From a virus (taxonomy: Duplodnaviria > Caudoviricetes): 41,921 nt of DNA. The first letter of the stretch is position 1; the number at the start of each line of letters is the position of its first letter. A model generated the notes under the pieces. It saw nothing but the letters and a program-made list of their open reading frames with translations. It was not told the origin of the DNA and made no database searches. The DNA lies in IMG/VR virus record IMGVR_UViG_3300031673_000151, positions 1 to 41,921 of that record; one strand, 5' to 3'. A program made the position numbers and the translations under genes. This document shows positions 15,501 to 24,304 of the stretch, piece after piece.

Positions 15501-18500
15501 CCCGCGAGATATTCGTCAGTAGAGACTCGAAGCGCAGCCAATCCGCCTTCGTCCAATACGGATGATAATGCGCGCGCTCTCTCAAGAATTCCGCGCATGC
15601 CTCCGATTCGGTAGGCTTCGGCAACCGACTTTGATGCGCGGTCGAAATCGCCGGATGTGAATTCTTGCCCATCGGCGTACTCGAATCGCTGCTTATCGAA
15701 ATTGTAGGTGACATTCTTGATTTCTGGCGCCAAGTTGATGGTATTAGTGTAGCTGGTTTTCAGCAGCTCGGACAGATTGTTTTCGTCATCGCCAGTTACC
15801 CAGGTGATCGGGCGCGCAATCCCGCCCAGCACTGTCCCTTGCTTGGCTTCCGGGTTCATCTGGTATTCGTGCGGCTCCATGAAATGAGTCCCGCCGTAGC
15901 GCAGCGCCAGGGAAAGCATGTTTTCAGTACGCCGCAACAGCGCCACATCGGACAGGCCGGCCGGATCTCCGATGAACACCTTGCCGTTGGCCTCGGCGTA
16001 GCTGCCTACCAGCAGATACAACTTTGTCCCGCCGCTCACGCCTTCGCCCAGGTTGGAAGCGTTAAGCCATACCTGGCCATTATCGTTCTCGTATACCCAT
16101 GCATGAGTCTTGTCCGGCATGGTCACATACCACTTCTTGACCATACCCGATTTTTCTTCATCCAGGTCCGGCTTGTCATCGGCAACCTTCATGCCGGGGT
16201 CGATCTCGCGCGCAGATTCAACCATGTCGAAAGATTCTGGCGTAGGATTCTGGTAAAGATCCATGTCTCCGGCCATCATGCGCCAGAATGAAGTGGTTTT
16301 AACGTTTCCTCGGCTGGCAAGAATCCCGTTTTTCTCTCCAACAGAATAGGCGGAGCTTGTGATTTCGTTGCTATTCGCCAATGCACTATGGGTCATGTAA
16401 ACTAAGTCATCCACGGAAAGTGCGTTTATCCCGTCCATAAACTTCATGCGCTGCATTACCGGCATTGACTTACCAATGGCGCGGATTGCTTGACGGAGCC
16501 ATGCGACAAACTTCTGAGCGATGGACATGTCCCCGTTATTTTGCACGAGATAGGCCAAGGCTTCTTCCGGAACATTTTTGGCTGGAGTATCATCAGGAAC
16601 GCGATTAAACGCATCCCGAACCTGCTTGTTGCCCGCCTTGCGCATCATTTCAACTTGGTTCAGGATGGATTGGAACTCTGCGCTGTCTTTTCCGAGGTGT
16701 ATCGCATGGACCGCCAATTCGTGGAGGGCCAAACCGCGCAACTCTTTGCTGGTCGTGTCCTTGCTGATATTGTCGGCAATGAAGTAAGTGATTCCATCAG
16801 CGGGATTGAAGAAGGCGAGCGAGTTTCCGGTTTCGCCGTACTTGTTGTCTCGGCTGAATATGATATCAGAATTACCTGCGTCGAAATCGCCGTTGTTTCC
16901 AATAGCGGATTTAATTTGATTGGGTCGAAAAGCAATAAACACATCCATCGGCAAAGGGTCTGATGAATTTTTAATAATAACTCCGTCATAGCCGCCAGAT
17001 ATTGCCATATCGATTAAGTCGGAATATGTTTTATCTCTGTATCCTGTAATCTGTTCATGCACAAAAGGGTTCTGTAGCGAAAGAAATGCCGGGATGATGT
17101 TTGGCGCTATCGAATCCTTTTTCGCTTCCCATGTTTCCCCTTCTTGATCGCCTCCCGCCCAAGCCTGTTTACTCCATTGCATTTTATACGCGAAATCTCT
17201 ACCTTCTATGGATGTCTTCTTTAATTCCTCTAGTTTTGGAAGTAGCTCTCTAGCGCCTTTTGATAGTAAAGAAAATTCAATCGATGGGGATTGCCCGATA
17301 TTCGGATATTTTGTATCCAGCCAATGACTTATTAACGCACGTTCTTTTCTGTCTATTTTTCCATCAATATATGCGGCTTCAATAGCTGATCGAATTTCGT
17401 TTTCTGCAGCTATCGAACGCTGAATAATATTGTTGTTTTCGGCGTGATCTTTCGCGGAAAGCCTGTCATTCCGCATCGCAATATACGCGGATGAATTACG
17501 ATGAGCAGACTCGGCTTCTGAAATATTTTTAAGAAGCGGATTTATTTCTTCTTCTTGAAGCTTGTTGGCTTTCGGCGTCGGCGCAGAATAAGAGCCAGCC
17601 CGCTCTTCTTCTTCAAGCGCACGACGTTGCTTTATGAGATCTTGAAGTCTGTTATTCATGGTTATTATTGGGAGTTTGGTTGGCGCGTTTCTTTCTGCTT
17701 TCGCCAATAATTCATTGTATTTTGGGATCATCCCGCCAAACTCATATAAAGCCATTTGGTCGTAAACCGGATAGACCGCTGCGGCTCTGGCGTTGGTTGT
17801 GAAAAAGAAGCCTTTTTTCGCGCTTTGCGCGTTAGTATTGAATCCAAGTTTTTCTTGGTCAAATGCTTCTATATCTTGGTCTGTACCATGATAAACCACC
17901 AGCGGATTACCATCGGCATCGACCACCTTGCTATCCCCAAACCAAGATTTAAATGCTGGGGTGCCGGTTTGGCCCGACTTCGCAAACAGCGCATCCTTCC
18001 CAATCACCATCGCCGCCAGATCTGCCGTCACCACACGCGCCTTACCTGCTTCAAACAGTGCGGATATAGCGTTGCGCATCTTGCCGGTGAATGCGTTGAT
18101 TAGGGCGGGTTGCAGGGATTGGGTAGTATGGGGATTGGTGACGGGCTGATCGTTGCGGCTATACAGCGCCGTGCCTTGGTCGGTTTCCTTGGTTTCGATT
18201 GGTGCGGTTTCGCTCTTGGCTTCTTGCGCCGGTTTCGCTTCCACGTCCTTATTCACCAGCTTATCCACAGACTCAGCCAGCTTGGCGACTGATTCTGCCA
18301 TCTGAGTCATAGGGTCTTTGGGTTTGTCGGTTTCTGTGGGATTGGGCGCTGCGCTGTACTCAACTGAGATAGGCGCGTCGGGATTGGTGATTTTGTCTGG
18401 CTGAAGTGGTCCAACTACGCGCTCACCACCATTGAAATAGCGAATCTCAACCGGCATTTCTTTCCAGCCAAGTTTTTTGGCTGCCATGATTCGGTGATTG

Positions 18501-21022
18501 CCCTCGCTGACAGATGGGTTGCCATCCTGGTCAACTTCGATGTAAGGTACGCCAACATCTTTACCGGCGGCCATCGCTTTCACCAGATAGTCAAGATCTT
18601 CATTACGGACGTTTCTTTGCTCGCCGCGCTGTCCTTTGATGATAGCCAAAACAGAAACAGGAACGGTCACATTGCCATCAAAACGGCCAGTGACTTTGCC
18701 CATGTGGCGATAAATTCCGTGCTCGTTTTTTCCATCATCAATGGTTTCTTGGCGCTTTTCGTTAAGCCAGTATTCATTTGGCACATCTGTTTTTAATTTT
18801 GGCGCTTCAGATTTACGCACATGGCTTGTGGTGCCGTAAACGTCTGTCGCTTTCGCAAGAGCGGGCGCAGGCAACGGTTCCGATGATGCGATTTCAGCGC
18901 CATTCGGCACAATAGCAAACTTCCCCGGCTGTGTAGGGTGCGGGATAACCGCTACCTGATCCGTTCCGTTGCGATTGTAGGCGGCGGCGTTGGACTCGGC
19001 TTCCTTCTGTGTGCGGGCTTTAATCGCCTGCGCAACAGTCTGCGCGGCGGGTGCTTCGATGGCCATTCCGGGTGCGGGCGATTCCTGTTTAACCGTGGAT
19101 TTGGGTGGCGTGTCGGGTTGTGAAATGTCGCTATCTGCTATTTTCCCAAATGCAATAGATTCTGGCGTATTAAACGAATCGGCGCTTTTTACCCACTGAA
19201 TGTTGCTTGGCTTGGGCCGCAATTCTTCAAGAGACCCAACTCTCATTGCATCTGGCGAGACCGTATTAAAACGATCTTTCGAAATTAAGCTGATATGCGT
19301 CACTTCCGGGTATCGTGTTTTATAATCAGAGAACGAGGGTTTACCATTGATATCGTCGCTATTGGTAGATGTCCTGGCGCCAGGATTTCCCATAGTGGGT
19401 TCGCCACTCTGCCCATTAACTGGTGTTACATCACTCCCCTCGTACGGGCTTCGTACAAGTTCATCCGTTCCGCCGAAGGGTGCAATATCTCCGGGAGTTG
19501 GCAATACTCCTGATTGGATAGGTAGGCCGTCTCCGCGAAGGCTTGCATCAGCCACGCCTCCTGGTAACTCATTATTCCCGTCTTGACGGCTCGCCGCAGG
19601 TATTTCTGCAATCTCTGATCCAATTGAGCCATTATTCACCTCCGATTGTCTGCGGGTTATTTCTGTGCGCGCCATCTCACCGGCTTTGCTATCGTACTTG
19701 GCGAGATTCGCAAGCGAGCTATCCTTGATTTCGTCTACGCGCTTTCCGAGAATGCGCGGCATGTCGTTTTTGAATGTGTCTGCGGTGGCCGGGGTGACGT
19801 TGCCTTGCGTGTCAACCGTCAATGTCGGGCCGGTAGCATCGCTGGCTGGCGGCAACGCAAGCAAACCCCTATCCAAGAAGCCGGTGGTGGGTTCCGTGCG
19901 GTCTATCTCGCGCTGGTTCGCGTTTGGCAATGCCAGTGATTCACGACGAGCGGTTACGTCGTCGAATTCTTGGCTTGCGAAGTCGGCCAGCTCTTGGGAT
20001 GGCGTATAGGGCGAAGATGGGAATGGGATAGTGGGCGCGCTGGTACTGGTTACGCTTTCCTTGAATGCTTTGATTGCGGTGTCGGTATCGGGTTGAGCGA
20101 GGATGTCGGATGGTGTCGCCGGGGTTGGCGCCGATTTCCCGCCAAAGAATCCGCCGCCTACTCCGCCCATGACGCCGCCAGTAACCAGACCCATTGCGCC
20201 GGACTCTGGCACGCCTTCCATTATTGGCTTGTCCATGGCGACGTTCTGCCATAACTGCTCTTGCATGGATTGCGGCATTTCTTCAAATGCGCCTTCTGAT
20301 ATGCCCCCTTCTACCAGTTTGCGAGCAAATGCTTTATTGCTAAACTTCGCAGCGCCACCGGCAAGCATGGTGTCAACGTCTGCAATACCTAGCTTCTGCG
20401 ACAGCTTGCCACCCACTCCGCCGAATGCTGCTGCGCCAAGCGCACTGGCCCCAGCAGCGCCTATTTGCTTCGGCGTCATCAGCCCGTCGTCAGTTTGTTG
20501 GCGAATTTGTTCAGCGGCCAAGCCTCCGCCGACCACGCCTTCACCTATAGCGCCGGCAGCCCATGGGGCAACCTTGGCAGACCCGGCGACCAACCCTCTC
20601 CCGACAAGCCCGCCCGCGCCCATGGCTGGGAGCGATTCGACAATTGCATGAGCAATTGTGCTCGGATTCTGAACAGCGGCAGACGCTTTTCCAAGAAATC
20701 CGGTTGCGTCATTCAGATTCTTATTTGCTTCTTTTTGAGAGTCAGAATAATACTCATCAAGAAATGATTTAGCTTCTTCCGGCCTGAATCCAAGTTGCTC
20801 AAGCGCCTTCCCTGCGTATCCTCCGCTGACCAGATCTGCTAAGCCAACAATGGCTTCTGGTACGCCAATGGCGCCTTTGATTGCGGTTAAACCATAATCC
20901 GCCGCTCTGCGCGCCATTCCTGTTGGTTTTTCTATGGGTTTTGAAAGCCCTTCGATAGGCGTATCGTTTTCACCGTACCCGCCATACTCAACCAAAGAAT
21001 CGTTTTCCCCGTACCCGGCCAT
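12530..21022 (-). CDS. giant internal virion/ejection polyvalent protein (ParB-like, ART-like, zincin-like, LPD38-like domains)
   Basis: 2830 aa. Motifs: EGNHRIMAAKKLG..MPV (ParB-like); FKSWFGDSKVVDADGNPLVVYHGT...FFFTT...GYDGVII...NQIKSAIGNNGDFD (ART-PolyVal-like); HELAVH; and a C-terminal PPDFVRERNLILP...LPMPLGF region (LPD38-like). Confidence 0.85.
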   Translation of the reverse strand: MAGYGENDSLVEYGGYGENDTPIEGLSKPIEKPTGMARRAADYGLTAIKGAIGVPEAIVGLADLVSGGYAGKALEQLGFRPEEAKSFLDEYYSDSQKEANKNLNDATGFLGKASAAVQNPSTIAHAIVESLPAMGAGGLVGRGLVAGSAKVAPWAAGAIGEGVVGGGLAAEQIRQQTDDGLMTPKQIGAAGASALGAAAFGGVGGKLSQKLGIADVDTMLAGGAAKFSNKAFARKLVEGGISEGAFEEMPQSMQEQLWQNVAMDKPIMEGVPESGAMGLVTGGVMGGVGGGFFGGKSAPTPATPSDILAQPDTDTAIKAFKESVTSTSAPTIPFPSSPYTPSQELADFASQEFDDVTARRESLALPNANQREIDRTEPTTGFLDRGLLALPPASDATGPTLTVDTQGNVTPATADTFKNDMPRILGKRVDEIKDSSLANLAKYDSKAGEMARTEITRRQSEVNNGSIGSEIAEIPAASRQDGNNELPGGVADASLRGDGLPIQSGVLPTPGDIAPFGGTDELVRSPYEGSDVTPVNGQSGEPTMGNPGARTSTNSDDINGKPSFSDYKTRYPEVTHISLISKDRFNTVSPDAMRVGSLEELRPKPSNIQWVKSADSFNTPESIAFGKIADSDISQPDTPPKSTVKQESPAPGMAIEAPAAQTVAQAIKARTQKEAESNAAAYNRNGTDQVAVIPHPTQPGKFAIVPNGAEIASSEPLPAPALAKATDVYGTTSHVRKSEAPKLKTDVPNEYWLNEKRQETIDDGKNEHGIYRHMGKVTGRFDGNVTVPVSVLAIIKGQRGEQRNVRNEDLDYLVKAMAAGKDVGVPYIEVDQDGNPSVSEGNHRIMAAKKLGWKEMPVEIRYFNGGERVVGPLQPDKITNPDAPISVEYSAAPNPTETDKPKDPMTQMAESVAKLAESVDKLVNKDVEAKPAQEAKSETAPIETKETDQGTALYSRNDQPVTNPHTTQSLQPALINAFTGKMRNAISALFEAGKARVVTADLAAMVIGKDALFAKSGQTGTPAFKSWFGDSKVVDADGNPLVVYHGTDQDIEAFDQEKLGFNTNAQSAKKGFFFTTNARAAAVYPVYDQMALYEFGGMIPKYNELLAKAERNAPTKLPIITMNNRLQDLIKQRRALEEEERAGSYSAPTPKANKLQEEEINPLLKNISEAESAHRNSSAYIAMRNDRLSAKDHAENNNIIQRSIAAENEIRSAIEAAYIDGKIDRKERALISHWLDTKYPNIGQSPSIEFSLLSKGARELLPKLEELKKTSIEGRDFAYKMQWSKQAWAGGDQEGETWEAKKDSIAPNIIPAFLSLQNPFVHEQITGYRDKTYSDLIDMAISGGYDGVIIKNSSDPLPMDVFIAFRPNQIKSAIGNNGDFDAGNSDIIFSRDNKYGETGNSLAFFNPADGITYFIADNISKDTTSKELRGLALHELAVHAIHLGKDSAEFQSILNQVEMMRKAGNKQVRDAFNRVPDDTPAKNVPEEALAYLVQNNGDMSIAQKFVAWLRQAIRAIGKSMPVMQRMKFMDGINALSVDDLVYMTHSALANSNEITSSAYSVGEKNGILASRGNVKTTSFWRMMAGDMDLYQNPTPESFDMVESAREIDPGMKVADDKPDLDEEKSGMVKKWYVTMPDKTHAWVYENDNGQVWLNASNLGEGVSGGTKLYLLVGSYAEANGKVFIGDPAGLSDVALLRRTENMLSLALRYGGTHFMEPHEYQMNPEAKQGTVLGGIARPITWVTGDDENNLSELLKTSYTNTINLAPEIKNVTYNFDKQRFEYADGQEFTSGDFDRASKSVAEAYRIGGMRGILERARALSSVLDEGGLAALRVSTDEYLAGKQARNAANPAQAGNGNNARTEGQGTGSPADVQSRRIIGSATLKRAATTNTFSRAARGERGGDLLAQIGRIVPGGLSGTPLQGILYSRKTPDITATDGSAWDAPEPSMLDNFVYRIQNKHIDLKQVQKAIKETSGEIKDAINAYLKEELFHGRAATRIDEFLNNELNPLITVMRMSKVSQEDLGKYLWAKHANEANAHIASINPDNEEMWDGGSGMTDREADDYMDALSPEQRKTFEALAKRVYAMTAKTRQQQLEYGLISQSDKDTLENAYRFYVPLNREDMDTMAHGTGAGQGFSIRGSESKKRTGSKREVVDILGNIANQRDKAVVRGEKNRVVMALYGLAQENPNPDFWKVDKPPVMRVVETIGGVDQVVERVDSLYKSKDNVVMVKIPNPDTGKIEEHSILFNERNERAVRMAASIKNLDGSQLGELLGTTAKVTRYFSAINTQYNPIFGVVNLVRDVQGAMINLTDTPLSGKQGKILADVWKILAGSIKHKMRGFDVDWAKLAEEFAEAGGKTGYRDMFRTGADRSEAIQHALDHDWWTKTAWGKVITANGYLENPATMLIDKGARPLLDWLSDYNETMENTVRLAAYKEAKASGMSIEQSASLAKNLTVNFNRKGEMAMQAGALYAFFNASVQGMTRMASALKGPAGKKIIYGGITIGAMQALLLAAAWFDDDEPPDFVRERNLILPIGDKKYLTLPMPLGFNVLPNIGRLSMELMLSGGQGASKKIESMMGVLVDATNPLGGSSPIAQIISPTITDPIVALGMNKDWTGKPIAREDFNSLNPTPGFTRSKDVSSAPAKWIAEAINTLSGGTKYKQGIASPTADQIEYLIGQVTGGVGREIGKATTTAETMFTGEDFPSHKIPLIGRFYGSTEGQASEGNAFYSNLKELNEHEATIKGLRKDRKGAEAMEYLRDNPEARLFWFANQAERKVGELRKQKRHLIENDAEKERIKLIDMRITGEMKKLNDRLYRLKHPDKNATKLE

Positions 21023-21025
21023 GGC

Positions 21026-21958
21026 TTACTTGCCCTTCTTGTATTGTTTGCCATCTGGCCCTGTATAGGTTGCGCCCACAGGAAGTTTGTCGTACTCGGC
21101 ACGAGACGTGAATTTTGTTCCGCCGCCAGCCCCGCCTTTTACCCGATTCGTCACTGTTCGCTCAAGCACCATGCCGCTATCATCGGTTTTTACCGTTTCA
21201 GTTGACCCTTCACCGGATTTTCCAAGCAGGCCAGATCGCAATAATTCTTCAAGAGACATTGACGGCTTGCCCTCTCCGGATCGAGACTTGTTAATCTCAT
21301 CAAGAGCAAACCTCATGGTCTGAACATCGGCGGGATCTTTGCTGCCATTCTGGAGTTTTGAATAAGCCGCTTCCATTTTGGCGACGGCGACTTGAGTTTG
21401 CATGTCCATCCGTTGCAGGCCAAGTGCATTCTGCATTTCCGCAATCTTCATTCTAGTCTCTAGCGCTGCATCTTTCCCTTCCAGCGCGGCCACGTCTTTC
21501 CACTTCGTGCTATCCAATTCGGCGGTTGCTCGAACCCTATCCTTCGTGGTGATATTCGTATCAGGCGTTGCGTTCCTGTCACTGTATTCAGTGATCGCAT
21601 TGGCCGCGTTCGTGGCGTCTTGTTCGGTTATATCGCCCCGCTGCAAAGCGCCGTTGTAGGCGTTTGCTGCTGCCCCGGCCTGCGCGTCAACTTCCGGCGA
21701 AGTCACCTTTCTTTCGGCGGCAAGTAGGCCGGCGAGGTCGTTGACTTGCTTCGACATGGCGCTCCGCTGCTCGTTTTCTTTGGCGACTTTGTAATCAATC
21801 ATGGCGCGTTCGCGGTTAGCCTGATTCTCTGCACGCAATGCCTCGATTCGGCCTATTTCGTCCTCTTTGTCCATGGACTGATTGCGGCGCATGACTTCAC
21901 TGCTTCCGCCAGCCACACCCCCAAGCAATCCGTTTAGCAATCCTTCACCGATACCCAT
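21026..21958 (-). CDS. putative ejection/internal virion protein
   Basis: Gly-rich amphipathic N-terminus, coiled coil, C-terminal YDKLPVGATYTGPDGKQYKK; directly upstream of the giant protein. Confidence 0.65.
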   Translation of the reverse strand: MGIGEGLLNGLLGGVAGGSSEVMRRNQSMDKEDEIGRIEALRAENQANRERAMIDYKVAKENEQRSAMSKQVNDLAGLLAAERKVTSPEVDAQAGAAANAYNGALQRGDITEQDATNAANAITEYSDRNATPDTNITTKDRVRATAELDSTKWKDVAALEGKDAALETRMKIAEMQNALGLQRMDMQTQVAVAKMEAAYSKLQNGSKDPADVQTMRFALDEINKSRSGEGKPSMSLEELLRSGLLGKSGEGSTETVKTDDSGMVLERTVTNRVKGGAGGGTKFTSRAEYDKLPVGATYTGPDGKQYKKGK

Positions 21959-22419
21959 TACGCCACCTCTTGAGGTTGCTGCTGTTGTTGAGGTTGCTGC
22001 GCTTGCTGCGGTTGCGCGCCGATAGCCTGAGTGATCTTGGTTAGGAACACTTTTATGGCCTCGTTGTTCTCTTCTTCGCCAAACTGCTGGCCCTCTGTTT
22101 TCGACAGGAAATCCATGATATCCGCCACGACGATTACTCCGGCAGGGACAATGGTTCGCGGGTCCATCTTCCCGTTGGCCTGCTGCATCAGGATTGCCAT
22201 CACCCCTGCCGCCGCAATGCCGGCCCGTTCGATCGGAGTCTTCCCGGCAGACTGTAGCTGCTGGATAAACATTTTACTCGTTTTTGGGTTGTACATGACT
22301 TGTTGCGCGGCCATGACAACCTTTTTAACTCGGCCCATGATCGACTCGTGGGAGTCTTTATTGCCACGTTGCGGAGGCGCAACCTGTGGCGCTTGCTGTG
22401 CTTGAAGTAATCCGGCCAT
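21958..22419 (-). CDS. hypothetical virion-associated protein
   Basis: MAGLLQ... start with AAGGA RBS; Gln-rich tail. Confidence 0.65.
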   Translation of the reverse strand: MAGLLQAQQAPQVAPPQRGNKDSHESIMGRVKKVVMAAQQVMYNPKTSKMFIQQLQSAGKTPIERAGIAAAGVMAILMQQANGKMDPRTIVPAGVIVVADIMDFLSKTEGQQFGEEENNEAIKVFLTKITQAIGAQPQQAQQPQQQQQPQEVA

Positions 22420-22420
22420 G

Positions 22421-22942
22421 TTATTTCCTTTGGATGTTTGCGGAAAGCAGCCCAACAGAGCGGTTCCCTCTTGCGCTTATTTTCGGCATGGAAGAGGATG
22501 CGGCGATAAGCCTTTCTTCTTCCTGCTTTCGTTCAGAGACGCGATTGGATGACCGTTGCTGCTCAAGGTCTTTGTTCGCCTGGATGCCCTTGCTTTGATT
22601 CATTGACGACATAACTCCGTTTGCTGCGCCAAGAATCACGCTGGCAGCAAAACTCTGTTGCGCCCGTCCTTGGCCGTCTGTCGTTGGGGCGACCAGATCC
22701 TTGAATACCTTTATTGCATCAGCAATCATGCTGGACTGTTCTTCTGGAACGTAATCAACCCTGTCGGAAGACGATGAATCAGATAGATTCTGATAATCCA
22801 TCGGAATGGTAAAATAGGGCTGAGTCGTGTCGAACAGTCCGCTATCTGTGGAAGGCGCATCCGGAATTGTATACGGCGCTGGTTCGTCGTATTGCAACCC
22901 AGGTATCACGTCGTTTTCATCGAAAGTGTCGTATGTTGGCAT
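22421..22942 (-). CDS. hypothetical virion-associated protein
   Basis: Tightly packed in the operon. Confidence 0.65.
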   Translation of the reverse strand: MPTYDTFDENDVIPGLQYDEPAPYTIPDAPSTDSGLFDTTQPYFTIPMDYQNLSDSSSSDRVDYVPEEQSSMIADAIKVFKDLVAPTTDGQGRAQQSFAASVILGAANGVMSSMNQSKGIQANKDLEQQRSSNRVSERKQEEERLIAASSSMPKISARGNRSVGLLSANIQRK

Positions 22943-24300
22943 TATGCGCTCCTGTTCCTAATTGTGTTTACGCCGGTTCCAACCGTTCTGTTTGAAGCGA
23001 TGTTTGGAACGATGATGGTCTGTTGAGGGGTGATTGGTTGAGACGTATCAATCGCTCGTGGCGTGGGCGTGTTGAGCGATGAATTTATGGCCGTGTTCAC
23101 ATACCCGGAAACAACACCGCCAGCGACACCGGGGATTGTTGTCCTGATCGCGCCGCCAGTTGCGCCGGTAATTGCGCCCGTTGCGGCATCTCCGTTAACC
23201 GCTCCGGTCAACGCTCCGGTTAATCCGCCTCTCAGACTGTTATCGACAATAGCATTACCCGTTGGAGAAATGTCTACCGTGCCCATGCCTCCGGTAATTC
23301 CGCCTGTCAGCGCTCCGGTCAATGGGTCTCTGCCTGTTACCGCGTTAGTCACGCTACCCCTGACAGCGCCATTAAGCACAGCGTCGCCGACTGCGTTACC
23401 CGTAGACCCAAGTAATCCAGTGTTCCCGACCAATGCACCGCCAGTTACTTGCGTTGCGCCTCCATATCCGGCAAGCTCTGCGGCAGAGAACCCGGCCTCT
23501 TGGGCCGCCAGCATGGAGGCTTGAGAAACACCCGTTGCTCCTTGTATGGCAGAGCTAACTAATGGCCCAAGGAAATACGCCGCCACCAGTGGAGCAATTG
23601 CGTTTCCGGCTTTAACTATTCCGCCACCATTGGGGTCCATGCCAAACAACTTATCTCCGTCGTCTCCCGGCAGAAGTTTCCTGCTGAAATCCCACATCCC
23701 GCCTCCGTTAGGGTCGAACCCCAAAACGTCGTCGAAAATAAGAGACATGAACCCATCGTCGTTTATTGGTTTGTAACCAGCATTTGCATAGTTAACCGGT
23801 TTGTTGCTCTCAGACGGCGGGGTAATAGCCCCTAGATTTTCATACCCACCTTCTGCGCCTACGCTCGCTAAGTCTCCATTCGCAGCATTCCTATGCGCCA
23901 ACAGATCCGCTACAAAAGCTTGTGGGTTATTCTTTGCCCATGTTTGCATTTCTGGCGAATACAGTGACCACTCATTTGCGTCAAGTCCTTTGGTATCGCT
24001 ATTTGGTTGTATAAGATGGGTAAACTCGCCGGGCGTTAGAGTGACTTTCCCTGATGCCACATCTTCATAAAGAGAATTTATCAGATTTCTATCGGCCTGT
24101 TTTTCAAAAACACCCGGGATTGCATCGCCCTGTGCTTCAATCATTTCCGGGGAAAATCCATTTCCTCTCGTGGCGATATACTGGTCATACGTCATTGGCG
24201 CAGGTTGGCTCTGTTGAGAGACTTGTGCAACAGGATCATTGGAAATTACCGGGCTATTGAGAAGCCCGGCCTGCCGGTTATAGTTTCGCGTGATAGCCAT
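22942..24300 (-). CDS. Gly/Ala-rich putative ejection protein
   Basis: Glycine-zipper GALTGG/GAITGA repeats; position in the podovirus internal protein block. Confidence 0.65.
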   Translation of the reverse strand: MAITRNYNRQAGLLNSPVISNDPVAQVSQQSQPAPMTYDQYIATRGNGFSPEMIEAQGDAIPGVFEKQADRNLINSLYEDVASGKVTLTPGEFTHLIQPNSDTKGLDANEWSLYSPEMQTWAKNNPQAFVADLLAHRNAANGDLASVGAEGGYENLGAITPPSESNKPVNYANAGYKPINDDGFMSLIFDDVLGFDPNGGGMWDFSRKLLPGDDGDKLFGMDPNGGGIVKAGNAIAPLVAAYFLGPLVSSAIQGATGVSQASMLAAQEAGFSAAELAGYGGATQVTGGALVGNTGLLGSTGNAVGDAVLNGAVRGSVTNAVTGRDPLTGALTGGITGGMGTVDISPTGNAIVDNSLRGGLTGALTGAVNGDAATGAITGATGGAIRTTIPGVAGGVVSGYVNTAINSSLNTPTPRAIDTSQPITPQQTIIVPNIASNRTVGTGVNTIRNRSA

Positions 24301-24304
24301 GATA

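Noticed and set aside
17110-17760. Intein or intron in the giant protein
   Set aside because: The frame is continuous, with no Cys/Ser...His-Asn splice termini and no LAGLIDADG motifs.
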